A DNA stretch of 64,000 nt from Phaeosaccion multiseriatum (taxonomy: Eukaryota > Protista > Ochrophyta, other classes): NCBI GenBank assembly GCA_965112735.1, contig OZ218961.1, positions 2,604,001 through 2,668,000 of the forward strand, in the 5' to 3' direction. The notes under the pieces are model-generated. The model made no database searches and was not told where the DNA came from. It saw only the letters and a program-made list of their open reading frames with translations. The translations under genes and the position numbers were made by a program. Below are positions 13,911-27,299 of the stretch, one piece after another. Each line of letters begins with the position of its first letter. Position 1 is the stretch's first letter.

Positions 13911-14606
13911 TCACACCGTTGTGTTGTCCATCTGCTGAGCGACAGGGGTTGCAGAGTCCCATCCGATCCACTCCACCGCGATGTCCCTGCCCAGCTTATC
14001 CTTGAGCGACATGAGCACTTGGTGCATCCTCGCGGCCTGCTTGGAGCCCGGCACGATCTCGAGGGTGCGGATCATCCCCTGGGCAGACTCGATGTCGATT
14101 TTCTGCACCAAGGTGTATTTGTCCCCCGCCCAGCTCACCTACGTGTTTTGATAGTAGAGCAGAGGAACGCAGCAGGGCACAGCATACGCAGCAGCAGCAG
14201 CAGCAGCAGCAGCAGCACGGTCGTCAGCAGCAGTACCAGTTGATAGGAACGCTACGAAGGGAGGGTATGGTTGTTGAGCCAAAGGCCACGTACCACGGCA
14301 CTCATTGCGCCCATCGCTCCCTCCTCTCACCTTGCCACACGCGTTGCCAATAGCTTCCTCTACCCACTCTGCCGTGAGCTTCGGAGAATCGGACAGTCCC
14401 TCCTTCCCTTGATACACTTGCGGTACTCGGTATTGGTTCCCGATGTCATTCGGTTTGTACCAAGGGTCGTGGGGGAGGATTGGGCGCAAGCCTATGCACG
14501 TGGGTACACTGCAGCACACGCTTCGGTAAACCATTGTCATGTAGAAGTTTGCAAGCGATGCGTAAGACTTGATGTCGAGCTTCCTATCTGCTGGAACCCA
14601 GACCAT
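13911..14606 (-). CDS. Hypothetical protein; exons ~14606-14331 and 14138-13911 (5' end uncertain)
   Basis: Two high-complexity ORF segments join in phase via AAG|GTGAGA donor and TAG|GTG acceptor; no family recognised. Confidence 0.45.
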
Positions 14607-14957
14607 ACCAGTTGGTGGAAGTTAGGGTCGAGGAGTAAATGTAGGTGAGTTGAGTGAGTGAGTGAGTGAGTGAGTGAGTGAGTGAGTGAGTAAGTGGTTG
14701 AGTGAGTGTGTGACGACTGATGAGGAGCAAGAGGAAGGAAAAAAGGGGGAAGTTAGGAGTTGGTCAACTCGGGAAGATGATGAGCGAAGAGGCCGGGGCC
14801 AAGTGAGTAATGTCGACATCCAAGCGTCGTCTTCTTCACAGGCTGATCCTGGCGCGCACTTGAGCCCAGACAAAAAAAAACCAGCTGTCTTCCATTCCAA
14901 GGGTGCTTTAAGCCGATCGTCAGCCTCCTTCCCCAGCTCTTCTGAAGTGGGAGGAAG

Positions 14958-17900
14958 ATGGCGACAGAGGACAAAGGAAAAGGCGGGTTGTCTGCATCAG
15001 CCACCACCTCTAGCGACGAGAGAGTAAACCTCTCCCCTCAGCCCCCTCCAGCGGCAGCAGCAGCGGGAACAGAAGAAGAGCTTGTAGTGGAGGGGCAAGA
15101 GAGGAAAGGAGGAGAAGCAGCGCCAGCAGCAGGGGCAGAGAATCCCCTCCCACCGCAACCTCCACGAGAGGGCAGGGATGGAGACAGCGGAAGTGGCGGA
15201 GGAAGCAGCGGCGGCGGCGGAACAGCAGCAGCCGCAGCAACAACGGAAGTAGGAGGGGGAGGAGGAGGAGGAGTAGGAGGAGTAGGAGGAGGAGGAGGAG
15301 GAGGGGACGTCAAGGAGCACATCAGGACTCGGCGGAGAAAGCCCGTGGTGGTGATTGTGATGGGCATGGCGGGCACAGGAAAGACCACGCTGCTGCAGCG
15401 AATCAACCTGTACATGGACGAGAATGGAAAGAAGAGCTACTTCATCAACTTGGACCCCGCCGTCAAGGTGAGTGAACGCAGTACTTGCTTATGCTTACTG
15501 GATGGAAAACTGGAGGGTAATTCAATGGGAGATGGAAGATCAAGAGGAAGAATAGCCTCAAAGGGGTGGACCGTTTCAGTCCTCTCTTTGTTTTTGGACA
15601 GGCGCCTTGCGTTGCTCAGCGAATGGCCGCCTTTCTCTCCTTCTCTCCCCATGTTTGCCCTCCTCTTCCTCCTCTTCCCTCCCCTCACCTCCATCGCCCC
15701 CCCGGCCCCCACATACCCAACCTCTCGCGACTCTTTCAGCAAGTTCCGTTCGCCGCCAACATCGACATCCGCGACACTGTCAACTACAGAGAGGTCATGA
15801 CCCAGTACGGCCTCGGGCCAAATGGAGCAATCATGACGTCTCTCAACCTCTTCGCCACACGATTCGACCAAGTAAGTGGCCATAGGGACATGGGGAGGGA
15901 AAGTAGTTTACTGTGGAGAGCGAGCAGGACTTCCTCCTTGTGTTTCCATGTCGGCATTCCCAGCGTCTTGCTGGCCCATCTCGCACGCCCTTCACTCCGA
16001 CGTGACGTGACCCGCCCTCTGCCCTTGCGGCTATCCTGACACCAAGGCGTATCTCTCTCACTTTCTCCCTCCCCCCCTCTTTCCCTCCCTCCCTCTCTCC
16101 CTCTCTCCCCCTCTCCCTCTCTCCCCCTCTCCCTCCCTCCCTCTCTCCCTCCCTCCCTCCCTCCCCCCCTCCCTCCCTCCCTCCCTCCCTGCCTCCTCCA
16201 TTCTCTCTTGAATAAGGTTCTGGGGCTTGTGGAAGCGCGCGCTGACTCCGACGAAGAGCTCGACTACGTCTTCATTGACACCCCAGGCCAGATTGAAGTC
16301 TTTACATGGTCCGCCTCCGGGCAGATCATCACCGAACTCTTGGCTGCCTCCTTCCCCACCATTCTGCTCTTTACCGTGGACACTCCGCGTACCACCAACC
16401 CCACCACCTTCATGAGCAACATGCTCTACGCTTGCAGGTGTGTGTATGGGTGTGCGTGTGTGGGTGCGTGTGTGGGTGCGTGTGTGCGTGTGGGTGTGTA
16501 AGTGCGTGTGTGAGCGTGTGAGTGAGGGTGTGTGTGCGCATGTGTGTGTATGTGTGTGTGTGAGTGAGTGAGGGTGTGCGTGTGTGTATGTGTGTGTATG
16601 TGTGTGGTTGGGTGGGTGATTGGAGGTGTTTGAAAGCATTCATCCACCAACGTATTGTGTTTCAATCACCCCCAACTCCCTCCCTTCCCTCCCTCCATCC
16701 CTCCCCTCCTCCCCTCCTCCCTCCTCCCCTCCCCTCCCCTCCCCTCCCCTCCCCTTTCCTCCCTCCCTTCCCCTCAGCATCCTGTACAAGAGCCGTCTTC
16801 CTCTCGTGGCCACATTCACAAAGAGTGACGTCATGCCTGCGGACTTTGCTCTGGAGTGGATGACAGACTTTGAGAAGTTTCAGGTGGGTAAGAAGTGAGA
16901 GATGGGGTGGAGGAGGGATAGGGTAAGAAGGTGAGGGTGAGAAAGGAGGGAAGGGGGAGGGAATAGTAAAAACGGTGAGTAAGAGAGGGGAGGGAAGGGG
17001 AAAGGATGAGGGGGTGAAGTGAGGCACATCGGGGGCGAAACTTCGTCTTCTGCAATACTTTCTCTACACACACACTCTCTCTCTCACACCACTCACCCAA
17101 GCACTCACTCACTCACTCACTCACTCATTCACTCACTGACCATTCACTCACTCACCCACTCACTCGCTCACTCATTTACTTCCTAACTAACTCACTCACT
17201 CACCCACCCACCCACCCACCCACCCACCCACCCACCCATCCTTACAGTAACTCACTCACATACTCATCCACCCACCTACCCACTCACCCACCCACCCGCC
17301 CACTCACTCATTCACTCGCCCACCCACCCCGCAGGAGGCTCTGGATAAGAGTAAAGATCAGTCGTACATGAGCAGTTTGAATCGTAGTTTGAACCTCGTG
17401 CTCGAGGAGTTTTATAGCACCATCAAGACGGCGTGTGTGAGCTCAGCAGACGGAGCGGGCATGCCACAGCTCATGAAGGTCCGTAGGGAAGGAGGGGATG
17501 GAGGGAGGGAGGGAGGGAGGGAGGGGAGGGGGAGGAAGGAAGGAAGGAAGGAAGGGGGGGGGGAAGAGGAGGGCAGGGAGGGAGGGAGGGAGGGAGAGCA
17601 GAGGAGGGAGGGAGGGAGAGCGGAGGAGGGAGGGAGGGGGGGGGGGAGGGAGGGAGGGCGGGGATGGAAGGGGAGTGGAGGGAGGAGGAGAGGGAATGGG
17701 AGGGAGGTGCGAGAGAAGGAAGGCGGAGGGTGTCTATACCGTAGCTCAACACTATCCCTCTTGTCCAGAGTCCTTCTTTCATCCAACATAAACCAACGTG
17801 TTTGTGCATACGTGTGTGTGCGTGTGCGTATGTGCGTGTGCAGGCAATCGACGAGGCTGCGGTGGAGTTTGAAACAGACTATCTTCCCGATCTTGAGCAA

Positions 17901-18239
17901 AGAATGCAGGCTGCACAAAAGGTCAAGGAGGACGAGAAGGCAGACAGCATGCGGCGGTTAATGAAGGATCTTGCGGTGGGCAAGGGTGACAAAGTGGTGT
18001 TGGATGGGGGGGCAGGGCAGGAGCCAGGCTCAGCAGTTGGTGATACAGCCGCAGGACGAGGAGGAGGAGGAGGAGGAGGAGGAGGAGGAGGAGGAGGAGG
18101 AGGAGGAGGAGGAGGAGGAGGGGTAGACGGAGAAGACGAGGATGATGGAAGGATCAGAGGAGAGGAAGGCTTGAACACACCTCAGGGACACTTGCCCGCT
18201 GTGAGTATACAGAACAGAGGGAGCAAGAGAGGCACGTAG
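14958..18239 (+). CDS. GPN1: GPN-loop GTPase 1 (XAB1/Npa3); exons ~14958-15467, 15740-15871, 16217-16437, 16778-16883, 17335-17478, 17844-18239
   Basis: [12 protein letters not shown]-loop, [39 protein letters not shown] (GPN loop), [27 protein letters not shown]. Confidence 0.95.
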
Positions 18240-18419
18240 AGAGGAGGAGGAGGAGGAGGATATATATATATATATTATATATATATACATATATTCGAAA
18301 GCGAATACTCAAAAAAGGCTTCGTGTTAATAATAATACATCGTACAGCAGATCACTACGAGAAGTCACAAAACCGCAGGTTTGTGGATAGAGAAATGTTG
18401 GTTGTTTGTCCCTCAGTCC

Positions 18420-18752
18420 CTACTTCTCGTACGGGATGGCGTCCTCAATGACTTGTACAATGCTCTCCGCCGCCGCACTCAGCTCGCCAAGGTCATCCCA
18501 GCGCACCACCGCTTCCCCTCCTGCCGCTACTGCTTCTGCTCCTCCTCCTCCTCCTCCTCCTGCTGCTGCTCCTCCTGCTCCTCCTCCTCCTCCTCCTGCT
18601 CCTGCTCCTGCTCCTCCTCCTCCTGCTGCTGCTGCTGCAGCTGCTGCGGCCTCTTTGCGCGACTCCTTCTTTACTCTCACCTTCTTCGCTTGTCCCTTCG
18701 CGGCGATGGTTGCCACGGTGGAAGGCACAGGAGTATGGACTGAGTCCACGGC

Positions 18753-18784
<32 letters not shown>

Positions 18785-20347
18785 TACCCCCTTTACTACT
18801 AGTGCTACTGCTACTGCTTCTGCCAGTGCTGGTGGTGGTGCCTTTCTTAAGCAAAGACGCCATCTGCGCCATCTGCCCGAGGCCTGTGGTCTTTGCCCCG
18901 CTCCCTCCCGGTCGCCCTCGGACAAGGCTGCTGCTGCTGTTGCTCCACTTGCTATGACTACTGTAGCTTCCGTAGCTGCTGGCGCTGCTGATACCACCGA
19001 TACCCGGTCCGCAAAGGCTCGCCACCAAGGAGGCAGCACCGTCCAGACCTCCTCCTCCTCCTCCTCCTCCCCCATTTCCTCCTCCTGCGGCACCCTCCAC
19101 CCCACCCGCCGGCGCCGCCGCCACATTCACTGGACCGCACAAACTCGCGACACTCACAGAGGGAGAAGTACCAACGTCACTGCCCCCACCGTAACCCGGT
19201 ACACTGCTCGGTCCTCTCATGCCCTCCTTCTCCTCTTTCTTGTCCTCTTCCTCTTCTTCCTTGCCCTCCACCTTTGCTCTTCCTTCTCCTTTGGTCTTGC
19301 TCCCCTCCTCCCGTCCTTTGGCGCCTTTGATCCTTGCCACCGGGCTCACAGGCACCGCATCTTGCTTCTCCGTCGTAGCCGCAGGAGCAGCAGTTGGTGA
19401 TACAACAGCAGGAGCAGCAGCACTCCCAGCACTCCCCACCCGCTCTTGGACAAGGCTGCTACTGCTCCACTTGCTGCGGCTGCTGTAGTTCCCGTAGCTA
19501 CTGGCGCTGCTGATACCGCCCACACCGATACCCGGTCCGCAAAGGCTTGCCACCAAGGATGCACCACCGCCCGGCTCCTGTCCCAACTGCATGATTTCTT
19601 TCTGCTCCGCCTTTACTTCTGCCTTTGCTTCCTCTTTCTCCTCCACCGTAGCCACAACAGCAGCAACCGAAGCACCAACAGGTGTAGCAGCAGGAGCAGG
19701 AAGAGCACCATTAGCGTCAACATCAACGCCGACGCTACTGCTGCTGCTGCTGTTGCCGCCACTGTTGCAGCAGCTACCGTTCCCTGCAGCAGACTCCATA
19801 CCCACAGTCACACCCTCCCCTCCGCTTGCCCCCCCCCCCCTCCGTGGGGAGCATGGAGGCGGGGGTGGCATCTTGCTGCGGGGCCCGTCGTCGTTTCGAC
19901 TCGGGGGAGGGGGTCGCTTCTTACCCTTGCCTCGGGCTGCTGTTGCGCCATTCATCTGCGAGCTTCGTTTCGCCCCTTTCACCGCCTTTGTTGCTAGTGC
20001 CCCTTCCTTCTCCGCCAGCTATCGTCGCGAAAGTGGCACGTCGAGCAAGATGGGCAAAAGAAGGGGAGGAAAGAGAGAGGAAAGAGGGGATAGAAGGAGA
20101 ATGAAAGGAGTGCAATGAGTGAGCGCCAAGGACAAGCACGAGCCATCAGAGAGGAGAGGACCACTCAGAGAGAAAGGGCCACACACACACCTTTCCGGCT
20201 ACTCTCAAGCGACCCCTCCTCACCTCCTCCTCTTCGAACCCCCGCCTCTACGCACACGCACACACACGCACACACACGCACACACACGCACACACACGCA
20301 CACACACGCACACGCACACACACACACACACACACACCCTCCGCCCG

Positions 20348-20431
<84 letters not shown>

Positions 20432-22719
20432 CCGCCCACACACACCTCCCCATCCACCTCAAGCCCCCATCTCCACCAAACTCCACGCACCTCCACCCCC
20501 GATACATACACATCAACACACACGTAAGCACACACATACACAAACACGCGCGCGCACACACACACACACCACATAAACACACCCACAACCCTCCCCCTCA
20601 CACACACACACACATAAACACATCCAACATCCACCCACCCACGCACACACACGCACACACACGCACACACCCACACATAAACACACCCACGCACACATAC
20701 GCACTCACACGCACACACACACACACATACACACACACCCACGCACCTGCTCCAAGGCCCTCTCAATGTCCTTATGCGTGAGTGTCTCTCCCGGCGGCAG
20801 CTCCTGCAAGCGGCCACACCTTGCCCGCAGCGCCGCCTCCACAATCTCTCCCACTCGGTCGTAGGAGAGGAAGGCCAGCGCCTGCATGGTGTGAGCGTAC
20901 AGGTTGCGCTTGGTGGAGGAAAGACCTGCTTGTGGGCACAGGAAGGGGGGGCGGGGAGGGGGAGAGAGGGAGGAGGAGGAGGAGGAGGAGGAGGAGGAGG
21001 AGGGGGGGGGGGAGGGGGAGGGGGAAAGGACGAGGAGGAGGAGGAGGAGGAGGAGGAGGAGGAGGAGGAGGAGGAGGGGGGGGGGGGGGGGCGTGGGCGA
21101 ACGAGGAGGAGCAGAAGCTGACGAGTGAGTACGACCGAAAGACCAGTGCTTGCATGGTGTTGGCGAAAAGGGTGCGCTTGGTCGAAGAGAGGCCTTCTCC
21201 TTCTCGTCATCCTCCTCCTCCTCCTCCTCCTCCTCCTCCTCCTCCTCCTCCTCCTCCTCCTCCTTCTATTACTACTACTCCTAGAACTACTCCTACCCCC
21301 CCCCCCCTAACTCCTTCCCTCCTCCTCCTCCCCCTTCTGGTGCTCACCTAGCCACTCCTTGAACTTGGTCATGTCCGCCTTGGTGTTGCGCTTGCTGCTG
21401 CCCAGGAAGAACACCTCTCTCCTCTTGGTGAACTTCATGTATCGAGCCCGGGCCATGCCGAACGTCCGTCTGTAGTAAGAGTGAGTGAGTGAGTGAGTGA
21501 GTGAGTGAGTGAGTGAGTGAGTGCGTGAGTGAGTGAGTGAGTGAGTGAGTGAATAAGTGAGTGAGTGGGTGAGTGAGTGAGTGAGTGAGTGAGTGAGTGA
21601 GTGAGTGAGCGAGTGAGTGAGTGAGTGAGTGAGTGAGTGAGTGGGTGAGTGAATGAGTGAGTGAGTGAGTGAGTGAGTGACAGAGTGAGTGAGTGAGTGA
21701 GTGAGTGAGTGAGTGAGTGACAGAGTGAGTGAGTGAGTGGGTGAGTGAGTGAGTGAGTGAGTGAGTGAGTGAATAAGTGAGTGAGTGAGTGAGTGAGTGA
21801 GTGAGTGAGTAAGTGAGTGAGTGAGTGAGTGAGTGAGTGAGTGAGTGAGTGCGTGAGTGAGTCAGTGAGTGAGCAAGTGAGTGAGTGGTAAAAAAAAGGA
21901 TAACGAGTGAGTAAAGAAGCACACAACACAGTGAGTGAGCAGTGAGTGAGCAGTGAGTCAATCGGTGAAGGACTCAGTAGTAAGTCAGTCAATGACGGTC
22001 CCACCACCGCACCTGCTGGCGAAGGCCTTCCGCATGAAGAGGCGGTCTCGAGTGGCCTTGGAGGCGCTGATACAGGGGCAGGCAGACACCGCCGCGGAGT
22101 CCAGCACCACCCCTCGCTGCCTTCCGCTGCCATCCTCTCCTCCTCCTCGTCCCTTGATCTTGGTCTTGCTGTTGGTCTTCTTACCGCTGTATCCGGCCGT
22201 AGCTGCTATACTCCTGCCCTTACCCCCCCCACCAGCGTCGTTCTCCTCGTTCTCACTTCGGCTGTCCTCGGCCTCTTGCGCCTCGCCGTCTCCTTCTCCC
22301 CCCTCTTCCCCCTCCTGCCCCTCCTCCTCCTCCCCCCCCTCCTCCTCCTCCTCCTCCCCCTCCTCCTCCTCCTCCTCCTCTTCCTCCATCTCCATCTCCT
22401 CCTCGTCGTCGTCCTCCTCATCATCATCACCGTCCTCAAAGTCGCCCAAATCATCATCTAAGTCGTCGTCCCCATCGCTCGCGTTATCATCGTCATCATC
22501 ATCATCATCCTCTTCGTCGATGCTCTCTTCAAAGTTCCAGCCTTGACTCTTCTTCTTTTGACTTCTGCTTATTCCAGTGCTGCTGCTCCCCTCCTTCTTG
22601 GCCCGAGTGGCAGACGGAGGGGCCTGAGAAGCCTCTGCCTGGCCTTTCGCTTTCTTCCATCTTGCAAACTCCTGAATCTAGAGGACGCAAAAAAACAAAC
22701 AAAAGGGGAGGGAGCAAGC

Positions 22720-22754
<35 letters not shown>

Positions 22755-23221
22755 AGAGGGCGAGTAGAAGGCAGGTATAGAGAGGGGTAGCCGAGCAGAG
22801 GGGCGAAGAAAGGAGCGGCGGCCGAGGCTAGACGGTTAGTCATCTGCGTAGTCGCCATCTGCGTAGTCGCCATCTGCGTGGTCGCCATCTGCGCTACAAC
22901 TGAGCAAACAAGAGTAGAGTGTTTGTCTGTCTATCGCACCGACCCACCTACCGCACGTCTACAGGAACACGTGTGCTGTCAGTATCACTCTACACCCATC
23001 CTTACATATCCTTACATAATGATGACTGTGACACCCATCCTTCATTTTTTGTGGCTGACATCCATCCTTTGAAAATCCTTAGAGAATCCTTACCTCTACA
23101 GGTTTAAGTGCAGCCAACTCCTTGAGGTTTATCCTCCACACCGCGGGCATGTTGTTCTGTGTCTTGATGAGGGGAGTGGCGGCTTCGATGAGAGCCTGCA
23201 GCGGACAGAGAGAGAGGTAAC

Positions 23222-23256
<35 letters not shown>

Positions 23257-24301
23257 AGGGAAAGAAAGAGAGACAGTGGGGGAGGAGAGAGGGATCAGAT
23301 ACAAGAGAGACAGAAAAGATAGAGAGGGAGACTGTGAGGCCGAGAGGAAGGGACGGAGACATCGAGAAAGGAGGTACAGAGGGACGGAGGGCGACCTGTC
23401 TGTACCCCTCTCTGCCTCTTGCCGGTCATATTCGATGAGCATCTGCTGCCATCTGACTAACCTTCATGTACCTGGCGACGGCCTTTTGCAGCGTATTGCT
23501 AATGGCCAAGCATTCGCACATGCGTTTCCCCTTCGCACTACACCGGCACCCCTTAAGCTCGCTTCGATTGTCCCCTGGGGATGGCGCGAGAGCAGAGGAG
23601 GTGCCGCGAACACAAGAGAGGATGATGATGAGCCAAGCCAAGCCAAGCCAAGGGAAGGGAGGGGAACATAGAAACATAGGAATGTCGGAGGATGCAGCTG
23701 CTTGCGGCTCGCGCATATGTGGCAGGGCATGGGGGGGCGGAAATCTGCATGGTCTGGGGCTCTGACTGACTCAAGTCGCCGCTTCCCTTGCGTCGGAGCA
23801 AAAAAAACGGAAGCGTAACCTTCCGTGGGGTGCCGGGCTCTTCCTCTTCCTCAAGGGAGCCACAGGCGGCGACGGCTGTATGTATAGCATCACAGCCCCC
23901 TCTCTCGCCTCCTCGTCCTCGTCCTCTCGTATCCTTCCTTGGTGGTCCTCTCCTCGCTTTCAGTGACATATGCGGACCCCGCTATCACTGCTACTCACCA
24001 AACACGAACATCATATCCGACATCTCCTTGGCGTAGGGTACCATCTTCAGCACGTTGGGTAGAAAGGGTGGGCCCTGAGCCGCCAGATCACGCGCCTTCT
24101 CCTTCTTGGCCTTTGCTCGCTTCTCCTTCGGGCTCAGCTCCTCTTCTTCCTCCTCACTCTCGTCCTCTTCTCGTTGTCGCTTCCGATTGTGCTGGGCACG
24201 GGAGGTGAGCGAGAGGCCGAGGGTGAGAGAGAGAGTGTGTGAGAGAGAGTGGGCGCGGGAGAGACAGGAGGGACAGCAGGCGAGAGTGGGGGAGAGAGAC
24301 G

Positions 24302-24332
<31 letters not shown>

Positions 24333-25141
24333 GGGGGTGCGGGAGGGAGAGAGAGAGAATTTGTGTTGGGCGGGAGAAGAATGAATCGAGTGCCATACTT
24401 GACTGCTGAAGACTGTCACCAAAGTGGATGCTAACCTAAAACCTGACCCCAGCGCAGAGATACACGTCAAAAGCTGCACCAAGCTGTGTACACCAGGGGT
24501 TAGGGGGAGCAGACAGGTCTACCTGCACAGCCCGTTGTACCGACGAGGGCGCCGCTCCTGCTGCACTACCCAGACCCTGCTGCCGCATCATGGACTTGAT
24601 GGCCCGCCTCTCAGTTTTGTCCAAGCCTGTCGCCACCATCGAGACGGGGGGGGGGATGCGAGGGTGTTCGAGTGTGAGGGGCGGAGAGGCATAGTGCTTC
24701 CTCCTACTTCTTCTTCCCCTTGCCTCCTCGTCTATTCTCATTTGATGAGTCAGTATACACGCAGGATGGATGGAAGGGAGGGGGGAAGGAAGGGTCCCAC
24801 CTTGACAGAGTCGGCAAAATTCCCCTGAAGCTGTCTGTCCCTTCCGAATCAACTCCATTAGCTCTTCCATCTGCACGAGAAGAAGGTACAGAGAAGGACG
24901 CGTCAGAGGTCCCAACTGGGGACTAAATGGTCGGGAATACACCGAGTGGGAAGGTAAAAGGAAAGGCAAAAGGCAAGTCGCGGAGGCAACATCGATCCGA
25001 CTTTTTAAAGGGCCAAGTCACCTTGTTTGTCAAATGCGAGCGGTTTTCGGCAGTAGTGTCGCCACCACTAGAAGTAGCACCATCGTATCCATTAGTACAA
25101 GCTGCTCCCGCCGGAGCAGCAGCCCCTGGGCGCCCTTCCAT
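18420..25141 (-). CDS. SPT3: SAGA subunit Spt3/SUPT3H-like histone-fold protein with long acidic and low-complexity extensions (~10 exons)
   Basis: Spt3-like segments across exons: [14 protein letters not shown]; [21 protein letters not shown]...KFKEWLG; [20 protein letters not shown]; last exon ~20018-18420 is low complexity. Confidence 0.7.
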
Positions 25142-25465
25142 AACAGGCCGTCTCTGAGGGGAAATCGAGGAAATCTCGTGCCGGAAAGTCTCGTGCCGGA
25201 AACCGGGTTTTTTTTTGGGGTCGAGGAAGGGGGGTGGCATCATTGTTGGCCTGTTAGGTGAGTGTCGTACGAGCGTGAGTATGCAGCAGCAGCAACATTG
25301 GGACACAGGGAGCAGCAGCTATGGAACCCTGGCGGCAGTAGTAGAAGATACCTCGGTCTAGGCTCCTTCCACTCCCCTTCCCTTCCCATCTCACGCCCTC
25401 CCCCCCCGTGCTGCCTGCCCTATTCCTGTCCTGCCTGACTACTCTCCGAAACCAGTCTCTTAGCC

Positions 25466-26086
25466 ATGAAGGGAGTCGCCGCACTTGTACTCTGCGTATT
25501 GGGGGGCAACGCCACCCCCTCTGTGGATGACCTCACCAAGGTGATCACCGCTGCTGGTGGCGAGGCTGATGCCGAGTCCTTGGCAACCCTCGTGAAGGAG
25601 ATGGAGGGCAAGGTCAGTGATCATCGATGCGCCGCAGCCATAGACACACGTCTCCCCCATGGCGGGGGGGCTGGGCCTGCTTCTCGCCCCTGTGACCTTC
25701 CGTCTTCGTGTGCGAGGGGAAGAGGACAGCAGCGAGGGCTCGTTTATTTTTGAATTTTGCTCTTGGCATCACTGCCTGGGGAAGAAGGAAGAAGAAGGAG
25801 GGAAGAGGAGACGGATATTCGCTCTTCGGCTAAGTATGCTTCTGCTTCTGCTGCTGCTGCTGCTCTTGATATGAACCTCGCTCAGGATGTCAGTGAGACG
25901 ATCACTTCTGGCCTGGCCAAGCTCGAGACTGTCTCGGTGGGCGGAGGTGGAGGAGGAGGAGGAGGAGGTGGCGGAGGAGGAGACGCCGCCGCCGCAGAGG
26001 TGGTGGAGGAGAAGGTGGAGGAGGAGGAGGTCGACATGGGAGGAGGAATGGACATGTTCGGCGGCGAGGAGGCAGGCGACTACTAG
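25466..26086 (+). CDS. RPLP2: 60S acidic ribosomal protein P2; exons 25466-25612 and ~25886-26086
   Basis: MKGVAALVLCVLGGNATPSVDDLTKVITAAG...LVKEMEGK/DVSETITSGLAKL, Gly/Ala hinge, acidic tail ending EEEVDMGGGMDMFGGEEAGDY. Confidence 0.93.
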
Positions 26087-27299
26087 AGTGAGTAGATTGC
26101 TTTGTGTGCTTGGGATATGTGGACCAGAGTTGGGTGGCTGTTCCCGTTGATGAAGTTGGTGTTTAGGATTAGGATTTAGGATTTCTATCCCCCCTCCTGC
26201 GCTCTACCACCTTTCTGGGGGACGGGCAGCGCTTCAGGCAAGCATGCGTGGGTGCGTGCGTGGGTGCGTGCGTGCCTATCTCTCGTGTCACCCCCGGCTT
26301 CGATCATTGATTTGATTGCCGAACATGCCTATTGTAGAGTCTTGCCCTTGCACTTATTCTAACCCACCTACCCTTCCCTCCCTCCCTCCCTCCCTCCCCC
26401 CCTCCCCGCGTTCTCCTCCTCACGCGTCTTTCCTCGGCCCCTTCGCGACACACAAAACGAAAATGCGCTGGTTATCCCCACCCACTGCTTCCCACCCCAG
26501 TCGTAGCAGCGGCGGTAGCTCCGCGAGAAGGCCTCGTGTGTAATAAACAGTTACGCACGCGATTTTTTTTCTCCCGCCCACTTGTGTTGGGGGGTGTTGT
26601 GCTCTGCGTGGAGTGCCATCGAAGAGGAGAGATGATATAACATGGCGGCCAAGGCGGCGTCGTGAATGACTGCTGTGTGTGTTTGTTGTTGGTGTTGACA
26701 TGAGCACGAAGTGGAGCCTACCCTACCTACCTATCCACCTACACTTTAGCTGTTGAGCTGATGGACGGTGGGAGCCCCCGGTGCTTTGCCTCCGCGTTGT
26801 GTAAATCAATCATTGCCCACTCTCAAGCTCCAAAAGCAGTTGGCTCAAATTATTCACAAAACTGAGACTAAGAACTGCTTCAAATCTTCAAGGTCCGTCA
26901 TTCTACTGCTCCCCTCATTGTCGCTGGTCCTGCTCTGGCTTGATGCATCCTATCTTGGCCTTTCCAGCAGCTTCCCTTCTGTAAGTTGCTGGCCCTGCTC
27001 TGGCTTGATATATCATTGCCTGAGCAGCAGCTCTCCCTTTGAAAAGTAAAGAGTGTTCGACACCACACCTCTACTTGCTTGACCTTCTCCCGCTAGTCCT
27101 CCTCCTCCTCCTCCTGCCCCCCCTCCTCCTGCTGCTCTTGCTCTTGCTTCTACTACTGCTACTACTCTTACTACTGCTACTGCTCCTACTACTGCTACTA
27201 CTCCTCCTCCTCCTACTGCTATTGCTACTACTGCTCCTTTGAGCTGGACTGAGGCGCGCGCCACTCAGTCCTTGACATGACAAGCATTCCTATGCGAAG

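Noticed and set aside
14139-14141. Stop-codon readthrough between abutting ORFs 14139-14606 and 13911-14138
   Set aside because: The TAG is better explained as a 3' splice site.
22840-22892. 15-bp intronic tandem repeat (also a 16-bp one near 48550-48612)
   Set aside because: Ordinary local slippage duplications with no evidence of function.
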